DNA from: a virus
Taxonomy: Duplodnaviria > Caudoviricetes
IMG/VR virus record: IMGVR_UViG_3300036783_000128
Coordinates: 1 to 36,892 of that record
Length of the DNA: 36,892 bases
Direction: 5' to 3' (one strand)
The position numbers and the translations under genes are program-made. Below, piece by piece: positions 16,806 through 29,600 of the stretch. Under the pieces are notes generated by a model. That model saw nothing but the letters and a program-made list of their open reading frames with translations, did not search any database and was not told where the DNA came from. Every line of letters starts with the position of its first letter. Within the stretch, counting starts at the first letter, position 1.

Positions 16806-17252
16806 ATGTCATTCTTATTAAACCACGGGTACAAATTTAAAATTAATACAGCAGCTACAGGTACAAAGAAACTGGAACCTATCGCAAAAGGTATTACATC
16901 TGTAGATCCGGATAACAACGAAGAATCAGAAGAAGCGTATTACTTTGATGGCGGTGGCGCTGCTGAACGTGATATTACAGGCTTCATGTTAGCGTACAGC
17001 TTTGAAGGACATCGTTTCTATGGAGATGCAGCACAAGATTTCATCTTCAGCAAGCTGAATAAAGTCGGACCGGAACGTAAAGTAGACTTTGAGGTAACAG
17101 AGCCTAACGGTGACAAGTGGGAAGGTAGAGGAACGTTATCTGAGATCAAAGCACCAGGTGGAGATGCGAACAGTAAAGGTGAAATTGAATTCACGATTTC
17201 ATTCGATGGTATTCCGACATTCACTAAAGCAGGTGCGCCAGTAACCCCTTAA
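16806..17252 (+). CDS. Major tail (tube) protein
   Basis: YYFDGGG...FEGHR..GDAAQD...GGDAN...FDGIP; followed by a terminator. Confidence 0.85.
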   Translation: MSFLLNHGYKFKINTAATGTKKLEPIAKGITSVDPDNNEESEEAYYFDGGGAAERDITGFMLAYSFEGHRFYGDAAQDFIFSKLNKVGPERKVDFEVTEPNGDKWEGRGTLSEIKAPGGDANSKGEIEFTISFDGIPTFTKAGAPVTP

Positions 17253-17331
17253 TATATAGAGTCGCCTCATGCGGCTCTTTTTCTTTTAAAATACGAAATT
17301 ACAAAAATATAAAAATGGAGAGTGGATTAAT

Positions 17332-17736
17332 ATGTCACAAGTATTTCAATTTAATTTCGAAAAAACGTATAAAGAGGTAGACGTAGCAGGTAATTTGTTC
17401 AAAGTAGAATTCAATGATGATGCGTTAAACCGTTATCAAAAATCTTTAAAACGCTTCAAGGCATCTACAGAAGAACTACAAAAAGCGGCTACTGATTACG
17501 AAAAAGCTACTGATGCAGAAATTGACGCGTTATCAGAAATACAAAAAGAAATCACAAAAGATGTTGTAGATACATTTTTAGGTGATGGCGCTTTCGAAGA
17601 ATTATATGATATCGCAGGACGTTCCGTAGCGAATCTTTTAAGCCTTGTTCATTACTTAAACGATTTATACGCAGAGGAAACGTTAAAAAAATCAGAGCAA
17701 TCGCAGTCAAAATACCTAGCTAACCTTAAAAAGTAA
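17332..17736 (+). CDS. Tail assembly chaperone
   Basis: Position between tube and tape measure genes. Confidence 0.72.
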   Translation: MSQVFQFNFEKTYKEVDVAGNLFKVEFNDDALNRYQKSLKRFKASTEELQKAATDYEKATDAEIDALSEIQKEITKDVVDTFLGDGAFEELYDIAGRSVANLLSLVHYLNDLYAEETLKKSEQSQSKYLANLKK

Positions 17737-17747
17737 GGTGATCCAGG

Positions 17748-18413
17748 ATGTTCAAACTAACCGATAGAAATAGATATATATATCATTGGGCAGGGGTAGA
17801 CATAGAGCTAAACTTGTCCTTTGATAATGTCTTGAAAATTATGGAGTTATTTGACGATGACACGATTAGCAATAGAGTGAAGCCTAACATCGCTTTGATG
17901 ATGCTTATCGTTGATCATTCGTTATTAGCTCAACTTAATATGCAAGGTAAAGAGAACCTTGTTATAGATGTGTTTAAAGATAAATTGAATATTGATTTAA
18001 CAGCAGATAAGAAAGCCGGAGAAATGACGGAATCGCTAGGGAATCTGCTCGACGAAGAGGCTCCTGATGTCCCTGTCGTTAATTTTACGATAGATGCAGA
18101 TATGATATTTGCGTCTTTTTTATTTGACTACAATATCAATTTATTTGAACAACAAGGAAAACTCCAATGGGATGAGTTCTTAGCTTTATTCAACAACCTG
18201 TCTGAAAAGGCACCGATGCGTACAGCGATACACTATCGAACATGTGAAATTCCTAAAAAGGACAAGCACAACGGCGAAGAACGTAAGCAAATCAAGAAAA
18301 TGAAAGAGCGATACGAATTACCTGAGGCTAAAGTCATTAGAGAGCGAATGGAGTATAAAGAATTCCAAAAAAGATTGGAATTGCAAAAGAGGCAGGTGGC
18401 TTCATATGGCTGA
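17748..18413 (+). CDS. Gp15-family (A118-like) tail assembly protein
   Basis: LSFDNVL and DADMIFASF...YNINL...LQWDEF motifs. Confidence 0.8.
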   Translation: MFKLTDRNRYIYHWAGVDIELNLSFDNVLKIMELFDDDTISNRVKPNIALMMLIVDHSLLAQLNMQGKENLVIDVFKDKLNIDLTADKKAGEMTESLGNLLDEEAPDVPVVNFTIDADMIFASFLFDYNINLFEQQGKLQWDEFLALFNNLSEKAPMRTAIHYRTCEIPKKDKHNGEERKQIKKMKERYELPEAKVIRERMEYKEFQKRLELQKRQVASYG

Positions 18414-21400
18414 TGGTCGCGTTAATATAGATACCAGGATCGAAACGGGTAACGTCAGAAATGATGTGCAACGTGTTAATACTGAATTAGGTCGTATCGG
18501 AAATAATATGGGTCGAACAGCTCAAGGGATGCGCAATGAAATGGGCCGGGGAATGCAAGGTATGGTAGGCGACTCGGAATATTACGCAAGGCAATATCGC
18601 CGGGCTTACGGAAACGAAATCGGCGGTCTTATGGGTGATATTGGCGGATCCTACCGTTATATGTCGTCTGAAGCTAGAGGCATGATGATGGAAATGCAAC
18701 AAGGATTCCACGCTCAAAGGATGGCAATGCTTCCCTTTAAAGAAGATCAAATCAAAGCGACGTACGGGTTTTATCAAATGGCTCAAGGTTCTAAGGATTT
18801 TCAAGGGACGAATCAAGCGTTTATTGGTCAAGCTAACGAGATAGGGAAAGCAATGAAAGCCTCGCAAGACGCTCAGATAAACGGAAATAGGCTCGCTATG
18901 ATGGGTATGCTTCAAACCATTGGCGCTATGAATGCAATGTCTTCTGCTGCATCTAAAACAACAAAAAACCTGGACGCAATGAAGAATCCACTATACAACA
19001 CAGCAAGACCTGCATTAGCTTTAGTTGATAGCTTGGATCGGGTAGCTCGTAGTGGTTCCGCTGCACAGATCGCTCTAGAGTTACATGGACCGCAAGCAAG
19101 TATGAAAACCCTAACGGATGAAACAATGCGTTTGAATACAATTCTTATGGGATTGCCTTTTTTAGCTATTGGTGTAGGTGCAAGTATGATGTTCATGTAT
19201 GGCGGCTTGCATAAAGCTAATATGGAAATGGACCCGAAATATGCTGAAACATTTAAAAACATGCTAGAAAAGATTACCGAGGCACTTAAGCCGATGAGGG
19301 ACGCGTTTACCGCTGTCATGGTCCCTATATATAAATTCATTACGAAACTAGCTGAATTAACGATATCATTCAATCAGGCACACCCGGTAATGGCTAGATT
19401 TATACAAGGTACGATCATGTTAGTACCTGCATTAATGGCGCTTTTATTCCCTCTAGCTCTCGGCGTCGGATACTTTAAAGGATTGAGAGCGATTTTATTC
19501 GCTTTACGGCCGATAATCATGCCTGTTGCGACTGCGTTCGCTTCATTGTCAGCTCCTGTATGGATAACGGCGGCAGCTATAGCCGGATTGACGGTAGGAC
19601 TAACCCACTTCTATAAAACGAACGAAAAATTCAAAGCATTCGTAGATGGATCCGTTAAAGCGGTTGTTAACTTCAGTAAAGCTTTATACCAAAACGGAGT
19701 AGATCTTGTAAAAGCCGCTTATAATTCTGATTTAGTACAGAATAGCATTAAATCTATGCAAACAGCACTTACTACAGCAGGAACAAAAACAATGGAGTTT
19801 GGTTCTAACGTATTGAGTTTAGGTAAGTATCTAGCGTTCGCAGCTATAGACGGAGATCATTTCAATGATTGGGTTACGCATCTTCCGGACTCCTGGCAAA
19901 ATGCTGCAATGGCTATGGGTCAATCTATAGTTAATATGAGAACTAACATGATTTCTCTATTCGGCACTACGATGCAATTAGGGAAAGACTTGATGCAGCT
20001 AGGTAGTTATTTAACGAACGTTGCGCTAACAGGCAATATCTTCTCTGATGCATTAAACGCTTTGCCACCAAGTGTGCAAGGATTAGCGAGTTCGTTCGCT
20101 CCAGCGATGTTGGCAGTTAACTCATTCGGACAATCTATCGTAGCTTTAGGGAAGTATTTGTTCTTTGCTGCTTTAGATGGCGATGCCATGAATGATTGGA
20201 TCACACATCTACCTGCAAGTTGGCAAGGGGCAGCGGAAGCGGTTGGGACTTTCATAGTATCTATGACAACATCATTTTCACAGCTATTCGGGCCGTTAAA
20301 TCAGATAGGTTATGCATTCTTGAATCTCGGTAGATATTTATTATCTGTTGTTTCGACTGGAAGTCTTATGAATGGGTGGTTAAATTTAATGCCTGTCGGA
20401 TTCCAAACAGCGGGAGTATTTATAGGTAATGCGATTTTAACAATTAAAACAGCAATTTCTAGTTTAGTAGAGGCTATTCGTTTAGCAATGGGTGGAGATA
20501 CTTCCCAACTAGGACAGATATTCACAACAATTCTTCCTACATTGATTACCATATTGATTGGTGGTTTACCAGGATTGCTACTTACTGCATTGAGATTCCT
20601 ACCTACGATTGTAGAAGGTATCAATCAGATGCTCCCTGGTTTCTTAGAAACAGCAGGATCTATCATTCTACGTTTCATTGAGACAATTGTAGGAATGATC
20701 CCTACAATATTACAGGTTGGTATTGATATCATAAGTACAATCATTACAGGTATCACGACTTCACTCCCTATAATTGTACAAGCAGCTATAGATATTATTG
20801 TGAATACATCTAATGCGTTCTTCTCTGCTGTAACTGCAGTTGCTCCTTCATTGATAAACGCAGGACTTGACATGATACTAAAAATACAAAAAGGTTTAAC
20901 TGATAACCTTCCTAAGATATTAGAGATGGGACTTACTATTATCGAGAATCTTCTGACAGGTATCAGCAACATGTTACCAAAGATAATTGAATCAGGCGTT
21001 ACAATTATTACTAAGCTTTTAGAAGGTATTGTACAGCGTTTCCCTCAATGGATACAGAATGTTTTTGATATGATGAATAAGTTTTTAGATTCTATCATCA
21101 AACATCTTCCTACTATCCTGCAGACAGGTATTGATATCCTTATGAAACTTATTGACGGTATCGTTAAAGTCCTTCCTAGATTGTTAGACGCAGGTCTTAA
21201 AATGATTATCCAATTAGCAAAAGGATTAGTGGATAATTTCCCTACGATCCTAGAAAAAGGTATTCAAATAGTAGAGTCTATTATTAGAGGTATCATACGA
21301 GCACTTCCTGGTCTTCTAAAGAAAGCATGGGAACTAACATGGGAGTTCATTAAAGTAATTGTAGCTAACTTGCCACAAATCCTAGAGACAGGTGTTAAGT

Positions 21401-22113
21401 TACTTATCGCTTTAATTAATGGTATCGTGAAGACTGTAGGTCGTTTATCCTCTACGATTATCACTGAAGTTATTGGAGCTATCCTTAAATGCTTCAGTAA
21501 CGCAGGTACAATGCTTAAAGACATCGGCAAAGACATCATCCAAGGTCTGATTAACGGTATTTCCGGAATGGTCGGGAAAGCTGTATCTGCTGTTAAAAGT
21601 GTAGCAAGTAATATTAAAGATGGGATTGCCGACTTCTTCGATATTCACTCACCATCACGTGTAACATACGCTCTAGGGGAATTCGTAACAGAAGGTATTG
21701 CTAACGGTGTTGTAGGCATGACTAAATATGCCGTTAAAAAGGCCCGTACACTTGCGGAATCTGTAATGGATGGGTTTGCAGCGTTGAAAGAAGATATCGT
21801 TATGGGTGACTTCATAGAAGGGAATCACGTTAGCGATTCATTACAAAGTCAATTCTCTAATTCTAAGAAATTCATCAACGATTTAATAGATACAGCGCCA
21901 AGAATCCCTGTTTCTCAACAACCGATCCCAGTTAAACAAGAACAAGCGCGAAACAACAACATAGTTAGCGAAGCGCAGCGAAATCAACCTACTTATTTAG
22001 TAATGGATAGCACGGTTGTCGGCGAAGTGTTAGCAAAACCTGTTGAAAATACAAATAACAGACGTAAACAGCGTTTAGCGCAATTTACGCCAAATGTAAC
22101 ACCTTCACTTTAA
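18406..22113 (+). CDS. Tail tape measure protein
   Basis: 1235 aa; MADG start; amphipathic repeats; FDIHSPSR motif. Confidence 0.92.
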   Translation: MADGRVNIDTRIETGNVRNDVQRVNTELGRIGNNMGRTAQGMRNEMGRGMQGMVGDSEYYARQYRRAYGNEIGGLMGDIGGSYRYMSSEARGMMMEMQQGFHAQRMAMLPFKEDQIKATYGFYQMAQGSKDFQGTNQAFIGQANEIGKAMKASQDAQINGNRLAMMGMLQTIGAMNAMSSAASKTTKNLDAMKNPLYNTARPALALVDSLDRVARSGSAAQIALELHGPQASMKTLTDETMRLNTILMGLPFLAIGVGASMMFMYGGLHKANMEMDPKYAETFKNMLEKITEALKPMRDAFTAVMVPIYKFITKLAELTISFNQAHPVMARFIQGTIMLVPALMALLFPLALGVGYFKGLRAILFALRPIIMPVATAFASLSAPVWITAAAIAGLTVGLTHFYKTNEKFKAFVDGSVKAVVNFSKALYQNGVDLVKAAYNSDLVQNSIKSMQTALTTAGTKTMEFGSNVLSLGKYLAFAAIDGDHFNDWVTHLPDSWQNAAMAMGQSIVNMRTNMISLFGTTMQLGKDLMQLGSYLTNVALTGNIFSDALNALPPSVQGLASSFAPAMLAVNSFGQSIVALGKYLFFAALDGDAMNDWITHLPASWQGAAEAVGTFIVSMTTSFSQLFGPLNQIGYAFLNLGRYLLSVVSTGSLMNGWLNLMPVGFQTAGVFIGNAILTIKTAISSLVEAIRLAMGGDTSQLGQIFTTILPTLITILIGGLPGLLLTALRFLPTIVEGINQMLPGFLETAGSIILRFIETIVGMIPTILQVGIDIISTIITGITTSLPIIVQAAIDIIVNTSNAFFSAVTAVAPSLINAGLDMILKIQKGLTDNLPKILEMGLTIIENLLTGISNMLPKIIESGVTIITKLLEGIVQRFPQWIQNVFDMMNKFLDSIIKHLPTILQTGIDILMKLIDGIVKVLPRLLDAGLKMIIQLAKGLVDNFPTILEKGIQIVESIIRGIIRALPGLLKKAWELTWEFIKVIVANLPQILETGVKLLIALINGIVKTVGRLSSTIITEVIGAILKCFSNAGTMLKDIGKDIIQGLINGISGMVGKAVSAVKSVASNIKDGIADFFDIHSPSRVTYALGEFVTEGIANGVVGMTKYAVKKARTLAESVMDGFAALKEDIVMGDFIEGNHVSDSLQSQFSNSKKFINDLIDTAPRIPVSQQPIPVKQEQARNNNIVSEAQRNQPTYLVMDSTVVGEVLAKPVENTNNRRKQRLAQFTPNVTPSL

Positions 22114-22154
22114 TTAGTGAGGGTGTTTTTTATTACCTGAAAGGAGTGCTGCAT

Positions 22155-23630
22155 ATGGCAGGAAGCTTTACTTTTAATGGTGTACGAAAGAATTATCTCT
22201 TTGTTTTATTGGGTTTTAGCCGTCCTGCATGGGCGCCAATTGAAAGGGATATTTTAAAAGTACCTGCAAAAGCAGGAGGGTATTTACTACAAACAAATAC
22301 GGACGTAAGGACCATTAAAGTTCCTGTTGTTCTCAAGTCTTCTGCTGCTACCATGCAAAAAACAAAAGAAGATTTAGCGAATTGGCTTGTGACGGATAAT
22401 CCTTGTGAATTAATCTTTGATGATGAACCTAATCGTACTTATATGGCTGTTATTGACGGTGAGGATTCACTTGAAGAGTTAATTTTCAGAGGTAAAGGCG
22501 AATTAATTTTCATTTGCCCGAACCCTTATAAATTAGGTGCGGTACAAACAAAACAATTTCAAAACAACGTAGATGGAAATTTACAAGCGGATATTAATAA
22601 TCCAGGAAGCGTCGAGTCGAATCCTGTTATCGATATTACAGTAGGTGCTCAGAGTCCTTTCTTAGACGTTTGGAACGGTGACGATTATTTCAGATTAGGT
22701 TACCCTACCGCAGTTAAAACGAAGGTTGTAAAGCAAGATGAACGTTTGATTTGGGACGAAATGACTAATTTAACCATTTGGGAAGCGATAACTGGAAAAA
22801 TAGGAATTTATAAAAGTTCAGGGGCTATGAAAGTTTGGCAAGGATACGCTTTTACACCTAATTCGTATGGAACGGGAGCGAATGATGAGTGGCATGGTCC
22901 ATTTATGAAGAGAACAATTCCTAATACAAGTGGAGTTATTCAAGATTTTAAACTTGATGTACAAATGAATTTTCAGTCTGAACACTGGAACAGAATGGGC
23001 AAAACGGTCGTAATGCTTTTAGATGCTAATGACAATGTAATAGTTGAATTAGCAATGGCTGATGAATATATGAGTCATGAAATGACAACAGCACAAGCAA
23101 TTATCGATCCAGGAAGTTCTAGAAAGTGGATTGCTGACGAGATGGGCATGTACTCTGATACATTTAACGACTTTAGAGGACACGTTTCAGTAGCTCGCAG
23201 GGGGAAAGAATGGAGCTTCTATTTTGCTAAATATCGTAAGAACACTGAAATAGATGATGCTAGTTTTGTTCGTACATGGCGAGACAATTCTGACAGTAAC
23301 CCTATGACAGCTAGACCAGTAGCTAAAATAGCTGTAGGGTGTATTGCTTATGGTACAAATCCGCCAGTTGATGTCGCGTTTATTGAAGATGTTAAGTTTT
23401 GGAAAATTAATACTTTGAATGTTGACGAAACTCCTTATATTTTTGATGTAGGGGACAAAATCAGAATTGATACCGAAAGGTCATTGGTAACAATTAACGG
23501 GAAAAACGTAATTGGCTTAAAAGATATATTCAGTCGATTCCCTTCAGTAAAGCGAGGTGCAAACGCAATTATTGTACGTCCTTACAATGTAGGATTGGCA
23601 CAAATAACGTACAGGGAGATGTACAAATAA
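22155..23630 (+). CDS. Distal tail protein (Dit) with inserted domain
   Basis: SFTFNG, LIFDDEPNRTY and FICPNPY motifs; ~490 aa. Confidence 0.85.
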   Translation: MAGSFTFNGVRKNYLFVLLGFSRPAWAPIERDILKVPAKAGGYLLQTNTDVRTIKVPVVLKSSAATMQKTKEDLANWLVTDNPCELIFDDEPNRTYMAVIDGEDSLEELIFRGKGELIFICPNPYKLGAVQTKQFQNNVDGNLQADINNPGSVESNPVIDITVGAQSPFLDVWNGDDYFRLGYPTAVKTKVVKQDERLIWDEMTNLTIWEAITGKIGIYKSSGAMKVWQGYAFTPNSYGTGANDEWHGPFMKRTIPNTSGVIQDFKLDVQMNFQSEHWNRMGKTVVMLLDANDNVIVELAMADEYMSHEMTTAQAIIDPGSSRKWIADEMGMYSDTFNDFRGHVSVARRGKEWSFYFAKYRKNTEIDDASFVRTWRDNSDSNPMTARPVAKIAVGCIAYGTNPPVDVAFIEDVKFWKINTLNVDETPYIFDVGDKIRIDTERSLVTINGKNVIGLKDIFSRFPSVKRGANAIIVRPYNVGLAQITYREMYK

Positions 23631-26600
23631 TGAGAGAAATCAGCGGAGATTTACACATTGTAGACTATAAAACAAAAATGGTCATTGCATCTTTAAAACC
23701 TGAAGACTATATCGAGGATTTAAGGCATTGGGAATTAAAAGATAATGCCGACATCTTGGATATCAAACTATTAGACGAATCTCCTTTCCTGATTTATTTT
23801 CAACAAAAGAATTTGATCCTAAAAGAGACGCTTCCAGGCGTTATAACTCCTTATGTTATCACGGAGATTGCTAAGGATTCAGCAGCACATACAGCCACTG
23901 TTTACGCGTCAGGAGAATGGATTAAATTAGATAAGGACGCCTATATAACTCCGCAAAAGATTACTAGCAAAGACGCTGCATATTATATGAATTTTGCAAC
24001 GGCTCGTACTATTTGGGAAGTAGGTGTCATTGAGGCTGTCGGAACAAGAACAATGACTATCGACACTTTCATAAGTCCCCTGCGATTCATTAAAGAAGTA
24101 GCTACATTATTCGATAACGTAGAAATCCAGTACCGCATTGTTATGAATCATACAAAGCCGCCGACGAGATACATCGACCTTGTTAAAAAACGTGGTAGAG
24201 AAACAGATAAAGAAATCATACTAGGCAAAGATTTATTAGGAATCAAACGTATCGAGAATTCAGAAAATATCATTACTGCATTAGTGCCATTTGTTATGGG
24301 TAGAGATGCAGACGGAAACGATAAGTTGATCACGATTGAATCTGTAAATAACGGATTACAATACATTGTAGATGAAGCGGCGTATCAACGTTGGAATGTG
24401 GACGGGAAGCATTTATTTGGTTTCTATACACCGGAGACGGACAATGAAGATATGGCGCCTGCGAGATTGCTAACGCTAGCGAAAACAGAGTTGAAGAAAC
24501 GCGTTGATACAATCGTTAGTTATGAAGTGGATTCTGTTGATATTTCTCGTGTATTTGGCTATGGGCACGAGGCAGTAGGTGAGGGTGATACAATCCGCAT
24601 CATCGATGAAGGAATGAATCCTACACTTTACTTAGAAGCAAGAGCCGTTTCCGGAGATGAATCTCGTAAAGACAAACGGAAAAATAAATATACATTCGGT
24701 AATTTTGTTGAGATTATTAACCCGGATGAGGCTCTTAGAAAGCTCTATCAGAAAATGTTAACCATGATAGGGGACAAAGCACCTAAAGAGTGGTTTGGAG
24801 CGTTAGAGACGAAATTAGAAGAGACAAAGAAGAAAGCTGATACAGCTGCCGAGGAATCACAAACGGCTAAAGATTTAGCGAATGCTACAAAAGATTATAT
24901 GGATCAAAATCTTGTAGATATTATAGAAAGTGTTACTCCGCCTACAGCTAACCTAAAAGACGGGAAAACGCTTTGGAGTGATACTAGCGACCCTGCAAAT
25001 AAGGTACTGAAGCTTTGGAAGGGCGGGGCATGGATAATTATCTCTCCTGACACTAAACCGCTTAACACGGCTCTTACGCAGGCTCAGAATGACATTACAA
25101 AAGCTAAGCAGGATATCACTACTAATAAAGGGTTATTAGATACTGCTAAGTCAGAGATACAGGGCAACATTAACACCGAGAAGCAACGTATTACAGATTT
25201 AACTACTACAGTTGGAAAGAAAGTAGATAAGACTTGGATTGACCAACAACTATTAGATAAAGCAGACAAGTCAGGCGTATACACGAAAGATTACATTGAT
25301 CAAAACACTGTAGGGAAGCAGGTATATGAGACGGACAAGGCGGGTAACGTTCAGAAATTCACTGATATGAGCACAGACATTACTCGTAACGCTAACGCTA
25401 TTAAGTCTAAAGCAGAGCAGTCAAGTCTCGATACTACTAACAACAATGTAACAGGCGTTACTAACCGTGTTACTACAGTAGAGCAAACAGCTACAGGGCT
25501 TACTACTCGTATAGGTTCAGCAGAGAGCAAAATTAATACTGCAACTGGGGACATTTCAAGCCTGAAAACTAAAACGAATACAATTGAGCAGACAGCTAAC
25601 GGCTCTGCGCAAAAGATTACCGAGTTAACAGGACAATTTACACAGAAAACGAATGAGATTATTAACACTGTAGAGACAAACGCTCAGAAACTTACTGCTG
25701 TAGAGACAACTGTGAAGAATGCCAAGTACGGACGTGATAACTTAATACCTAACTCGGGGATGTTTTCTAACACAGGTGGTTGGATTCCTAACACGCCTGC
25801 AAGCTCGACTATGGAAATTGTCACAGAAGACGGCTTTAATGTTATGAAAATAAAAGGTTCTATCCGTGCAAGTAATCCTATTACACTTAAGCCTGATACA
25901 GAATATGTATACTCTGCATTGATTAAAATACCTGTAGATAACGTCGTTTCTGACGGTTCAGGGAATCCCCTGCACTTTTGGTCAACTATTGGAGCAAACC
26001 CTCACACAGCCGTGCAGAGGGCTATTTTAGAGCCTGCTTCTAAGAAAATCCTTGCTAATACTTGGACACGTGTCAGCTACAAATTTAAAACACTAGCAGG
26101 AGCAGAAAACACGCTGTTTACTCCTTTCATGTATTCACAGGAGATTATTAACTCAAACGCTTTCGCTTACGTTAGGTACTTCCAGCTTATCGAAGGGAAT
26201 CAGATTACAGAGGATTGGCAAGCACCAAGCGGGGATATTGTTAAGAAAACAAACGAAATTGTACAAACAGTCGAAAGCACTATCTCACGTATTTCTGCTG
26301 TAGAGAATAGAAAGATTAGCTCTAACAACTTAGTGAAAGCAAACAGTGACAAAATGGTTCTGCTTCCAAAAAATACAGGTCAAGCAAACGATAACTTTAA
26401 CTTTTCTCAGATCCCTGTAGAAATGCAAATGGATAGAGAATACACTGTTTCCGCTCGTATTACATTCACTAAAGGTACTGACACTAAGGTCACTGTATAC
26501 CCGTATACAAACGGTGTCGCTACTGCTGTAGACATTCAAGCAGGTGGGTACTTTACTCATACTTTCAAAAAAACAAATGTTAATACAACAAGCGTATTAC

Positions 26601-29600
26601 TATATGCAGGTCAATCAGGTGCTACACGTGATAAGGGTTGTGAGTTCACTGAAATCATGATTACTGAAGGTAACACAGCAGTCCCTTACGCTCCACCAAG
26701 CCCGACTATAGACGAATACACTCAAAAGACTACAGCTATTGAGCAGAAGGCTACAGGGTTGCAATCAAGCATTACTGCTACTACTAACCGTGTAACGGCT
26801 GTAGAAGGGCGAGCAGGCACGTTAGAAGCAAAGACTAATACCCTTGAAACAAAATCTAACACTCTACGCAGTGACGTAGACGGAAACATTACAGATATTA
26901 ACTCCCTACGTGAAGATGTCAAATCGAACGGGGAAAACTTATTTGTAGACTCTTCATGTAACAATGAATACCCTAAATTCTTTGACGATACAGGCTATAT
27001 TATCAACGGTGCTACTCATGTGTTTTGGGAGGACTATATTAAGCTAACATGTACTAGCTACGCAGACGCTTTCTACCAGGTCGGGGGCTCTCTGATAACT
27101 GCTACACACGGTATTTTACCGAATGAGACACTTACACTTTCATTAGAGTTAATGCAGAACGTAGCAGGAGGACAAACGCTTATATTCCAACATGATGGGA
27201 CTAGTTGGTCTGAAGCAGAAGTTAAAACGCACACTAATACAGGATGGAAACGAGTAGAGCATACTTTCAAAGTAAAAGCAAACATGAAAGGAATCATGGT
27301 ACGTATTAGATTTCCTAGAGTGGCTGAAGCAAATACTAAGTCACTATGGATTAGACAGCTTAAGCTAGAGCGTGGATCACTTGCAACGCCTTGGGGAATG
27401 TCTTCAGTAGAAATCCTGAAGAAGAACAACACAATTAAGCAAACGACTGACGAAAACTCTGCAACGTTAACGTCCATGAATGCTAGCGGTATGGTAGGGG
27501 CTAACATGGTTTATAACGCAGACATGCTACAACGCCCTACAAATGGCTATCCTGACGGTTGGGCTGTATCAAATATAACTAATATCGTATGGCAAAACCC
27601 GTGGGCTGATGAACCAAGGGGAGCAGTATTCCGTTTTAACCGTACAAACTTAGCTGATACCGCCCCTAACAATATTGTCAATGCTTACTCTAATAAGTTC
27701 CCAGTAGCACGAAACAAGGATTATACATGGAGCGTTTGGATGTATGTACCTGTAGCAAATTGGACAGCATTCAAAGTTAAAAATGCATTCATCATGGAAT
27801 ATTATGACAATGCAGGCACACGGGTACAATACCAAGATGTAGGCTTAACAACTGACGAACAAAACAGCTTAAAAGCAGGTAATTGGACACGTATAACTAG
27901 AACATACAGACCAACTACAGCAGGGATTGTAACAGGTGCTTTCCGTCTTGCTCTATTCCATAATGGCGACATCTACTACAGAATGCCACAGGTGGAGATA
28001 GGGGCTGTAGCTACTGGATGGAATCGCTCTACAGTAGACTTTGCAGGCAATTACCAATTTGAAGACCTTAACACTCGTAGTAACACAATGAAGCAGACGC
28101 TTGACGGGACTGTCTCAAGTGTTAATTCAATTAGTCAAACTGTAGGGCAACATACAACGCAAATAACACAGCAGGGCACTACAATCACGCAAATGAATAA
28201 CGAGATAGGTCTGAGAGTTAAAACAACTGAAATGACGGACTATATGGACTCTCTAGGGAATACGAATGAGTTACGAAATTCAGCCTTTGAGGATAGAGTA
28301 ATACACCCTACAACAGGGATCGTTACGAGCAGGACACCTAGTATCTCTAAGTGGAATACATGGACGAATGGAGTCGCTACTGCAAGCTTTGTAGCTGATT
28401 CTTCTAGAAATCACGCAGGCTACAACTCAGCAAAAATAGAAGTAACTTCACAGCCTGCTAATAAGTCTGTATCACTATATCAAGGTATTCCTATATCGCC
28501 TAACTCAGGGGACTATATATTCTCTGCTTGGTTCTATACAGATAGTGTAGCAGGACTTGACGGCGGGGCTTACATGGAGATTTCCTTCTACAATGGCGGT
28601 ACTTGGGTATCATCTAAAGCAGTTCAGTTAGTGCCTATTATGACTAATGGGGCTTGGAAGTTCGTTTCTGCTACTCTTCCTGCTCCCGCTTCAACGATTA
28701 CAGCAGTAAGAGGGAACGTCACTATTAACCGTAATGGTAAGCTATGGGTGAGTCAGCCTATGTTACAACAAGGAAAGTACCCTAGCTCATTCCTAGAAAA
28801 CTCTAACGATTACGCTAACTATGAGCAACTAGTTGGGGAAGTCGCTAAAAAAGTAGCTACAACGGATTACAACACTAAGATTACAACGATTGAGTCAAGC
28901 ATTACACAGGCGAATAATGCAATTAACCTAAGAGTGTTATCTACTGATGTGTACAAGAAAACTGAAGCTGACGGACGCTTTGGAAGTAAGGCTATTGTAG
29001 ATACACATGAGAGCTCTATTACTCTTCTAAAGAATCAAATTATCTCGAAAGTAGAAGCAGGTGGAATAGCTTCAGCGATTAACCAAACAGCTCAAGCCGT
29101 ATTGATCCAAGCAGGAAAGATAATGCTAGACGGGTACGTGGAAGCAAAACACTTGAAAGCAAAAAAGTTAGTCGGGGTTACTATCGAGACAGAAGCAGAG
29201 AACTTTTCAGGAGCTAAGCTTACTCTCAATAAGTCAGACTTAACGGTTTACCGTAACAATGTAGCTCGTGGGTACTTTGGCTTCCTAGATAGAACTGACG
29301 GATATTATCAACCACTACTACAAGTCGGCGGGGGGTGGAAGAAGGATGTTAACTCTTCTATAGCTGAGTCTATTATGATTAGCACGATAGAGGATTATAG
29401 TGGAGCAGGTAACTTGGGAGTCATTGGACTTGCTAAGAGCATGAGCGGTAATGATATCACCTACTACCACTCTATTACGATGAACCCAATTAACAAAACT
29501 TTAACAGTCAATTCAGAGGGCGACTCACGGTATACAACTACAGACGGTGACTTATTCATTAAAGCTGTTAGTTCACGTAGTGGCTACGGTGATATTTCAC

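Noticed and set aside
17238-17290. Programmed frameshift at the tail tube end (ACC CCT TAA), as in SPP1 and Listeria phages
   Set aside because: The +1 frame stops after a few codons; the -1 frame runs through a terminator with no Ig-like domain.
17720-17750. Tail chaperone -1 frameshift
   Set aside because: No clean XXXYYYZ heptamer, and the downstream Gp15-like gene has its own AAGGTGA RBS.
19800-20420. Tape measure internal repeats (LGKYLxFAAxDGDxxNDWxTHLPxSWQ)
   Set aside because: Real, but internal repeats are ordinary for tape measure proteins.
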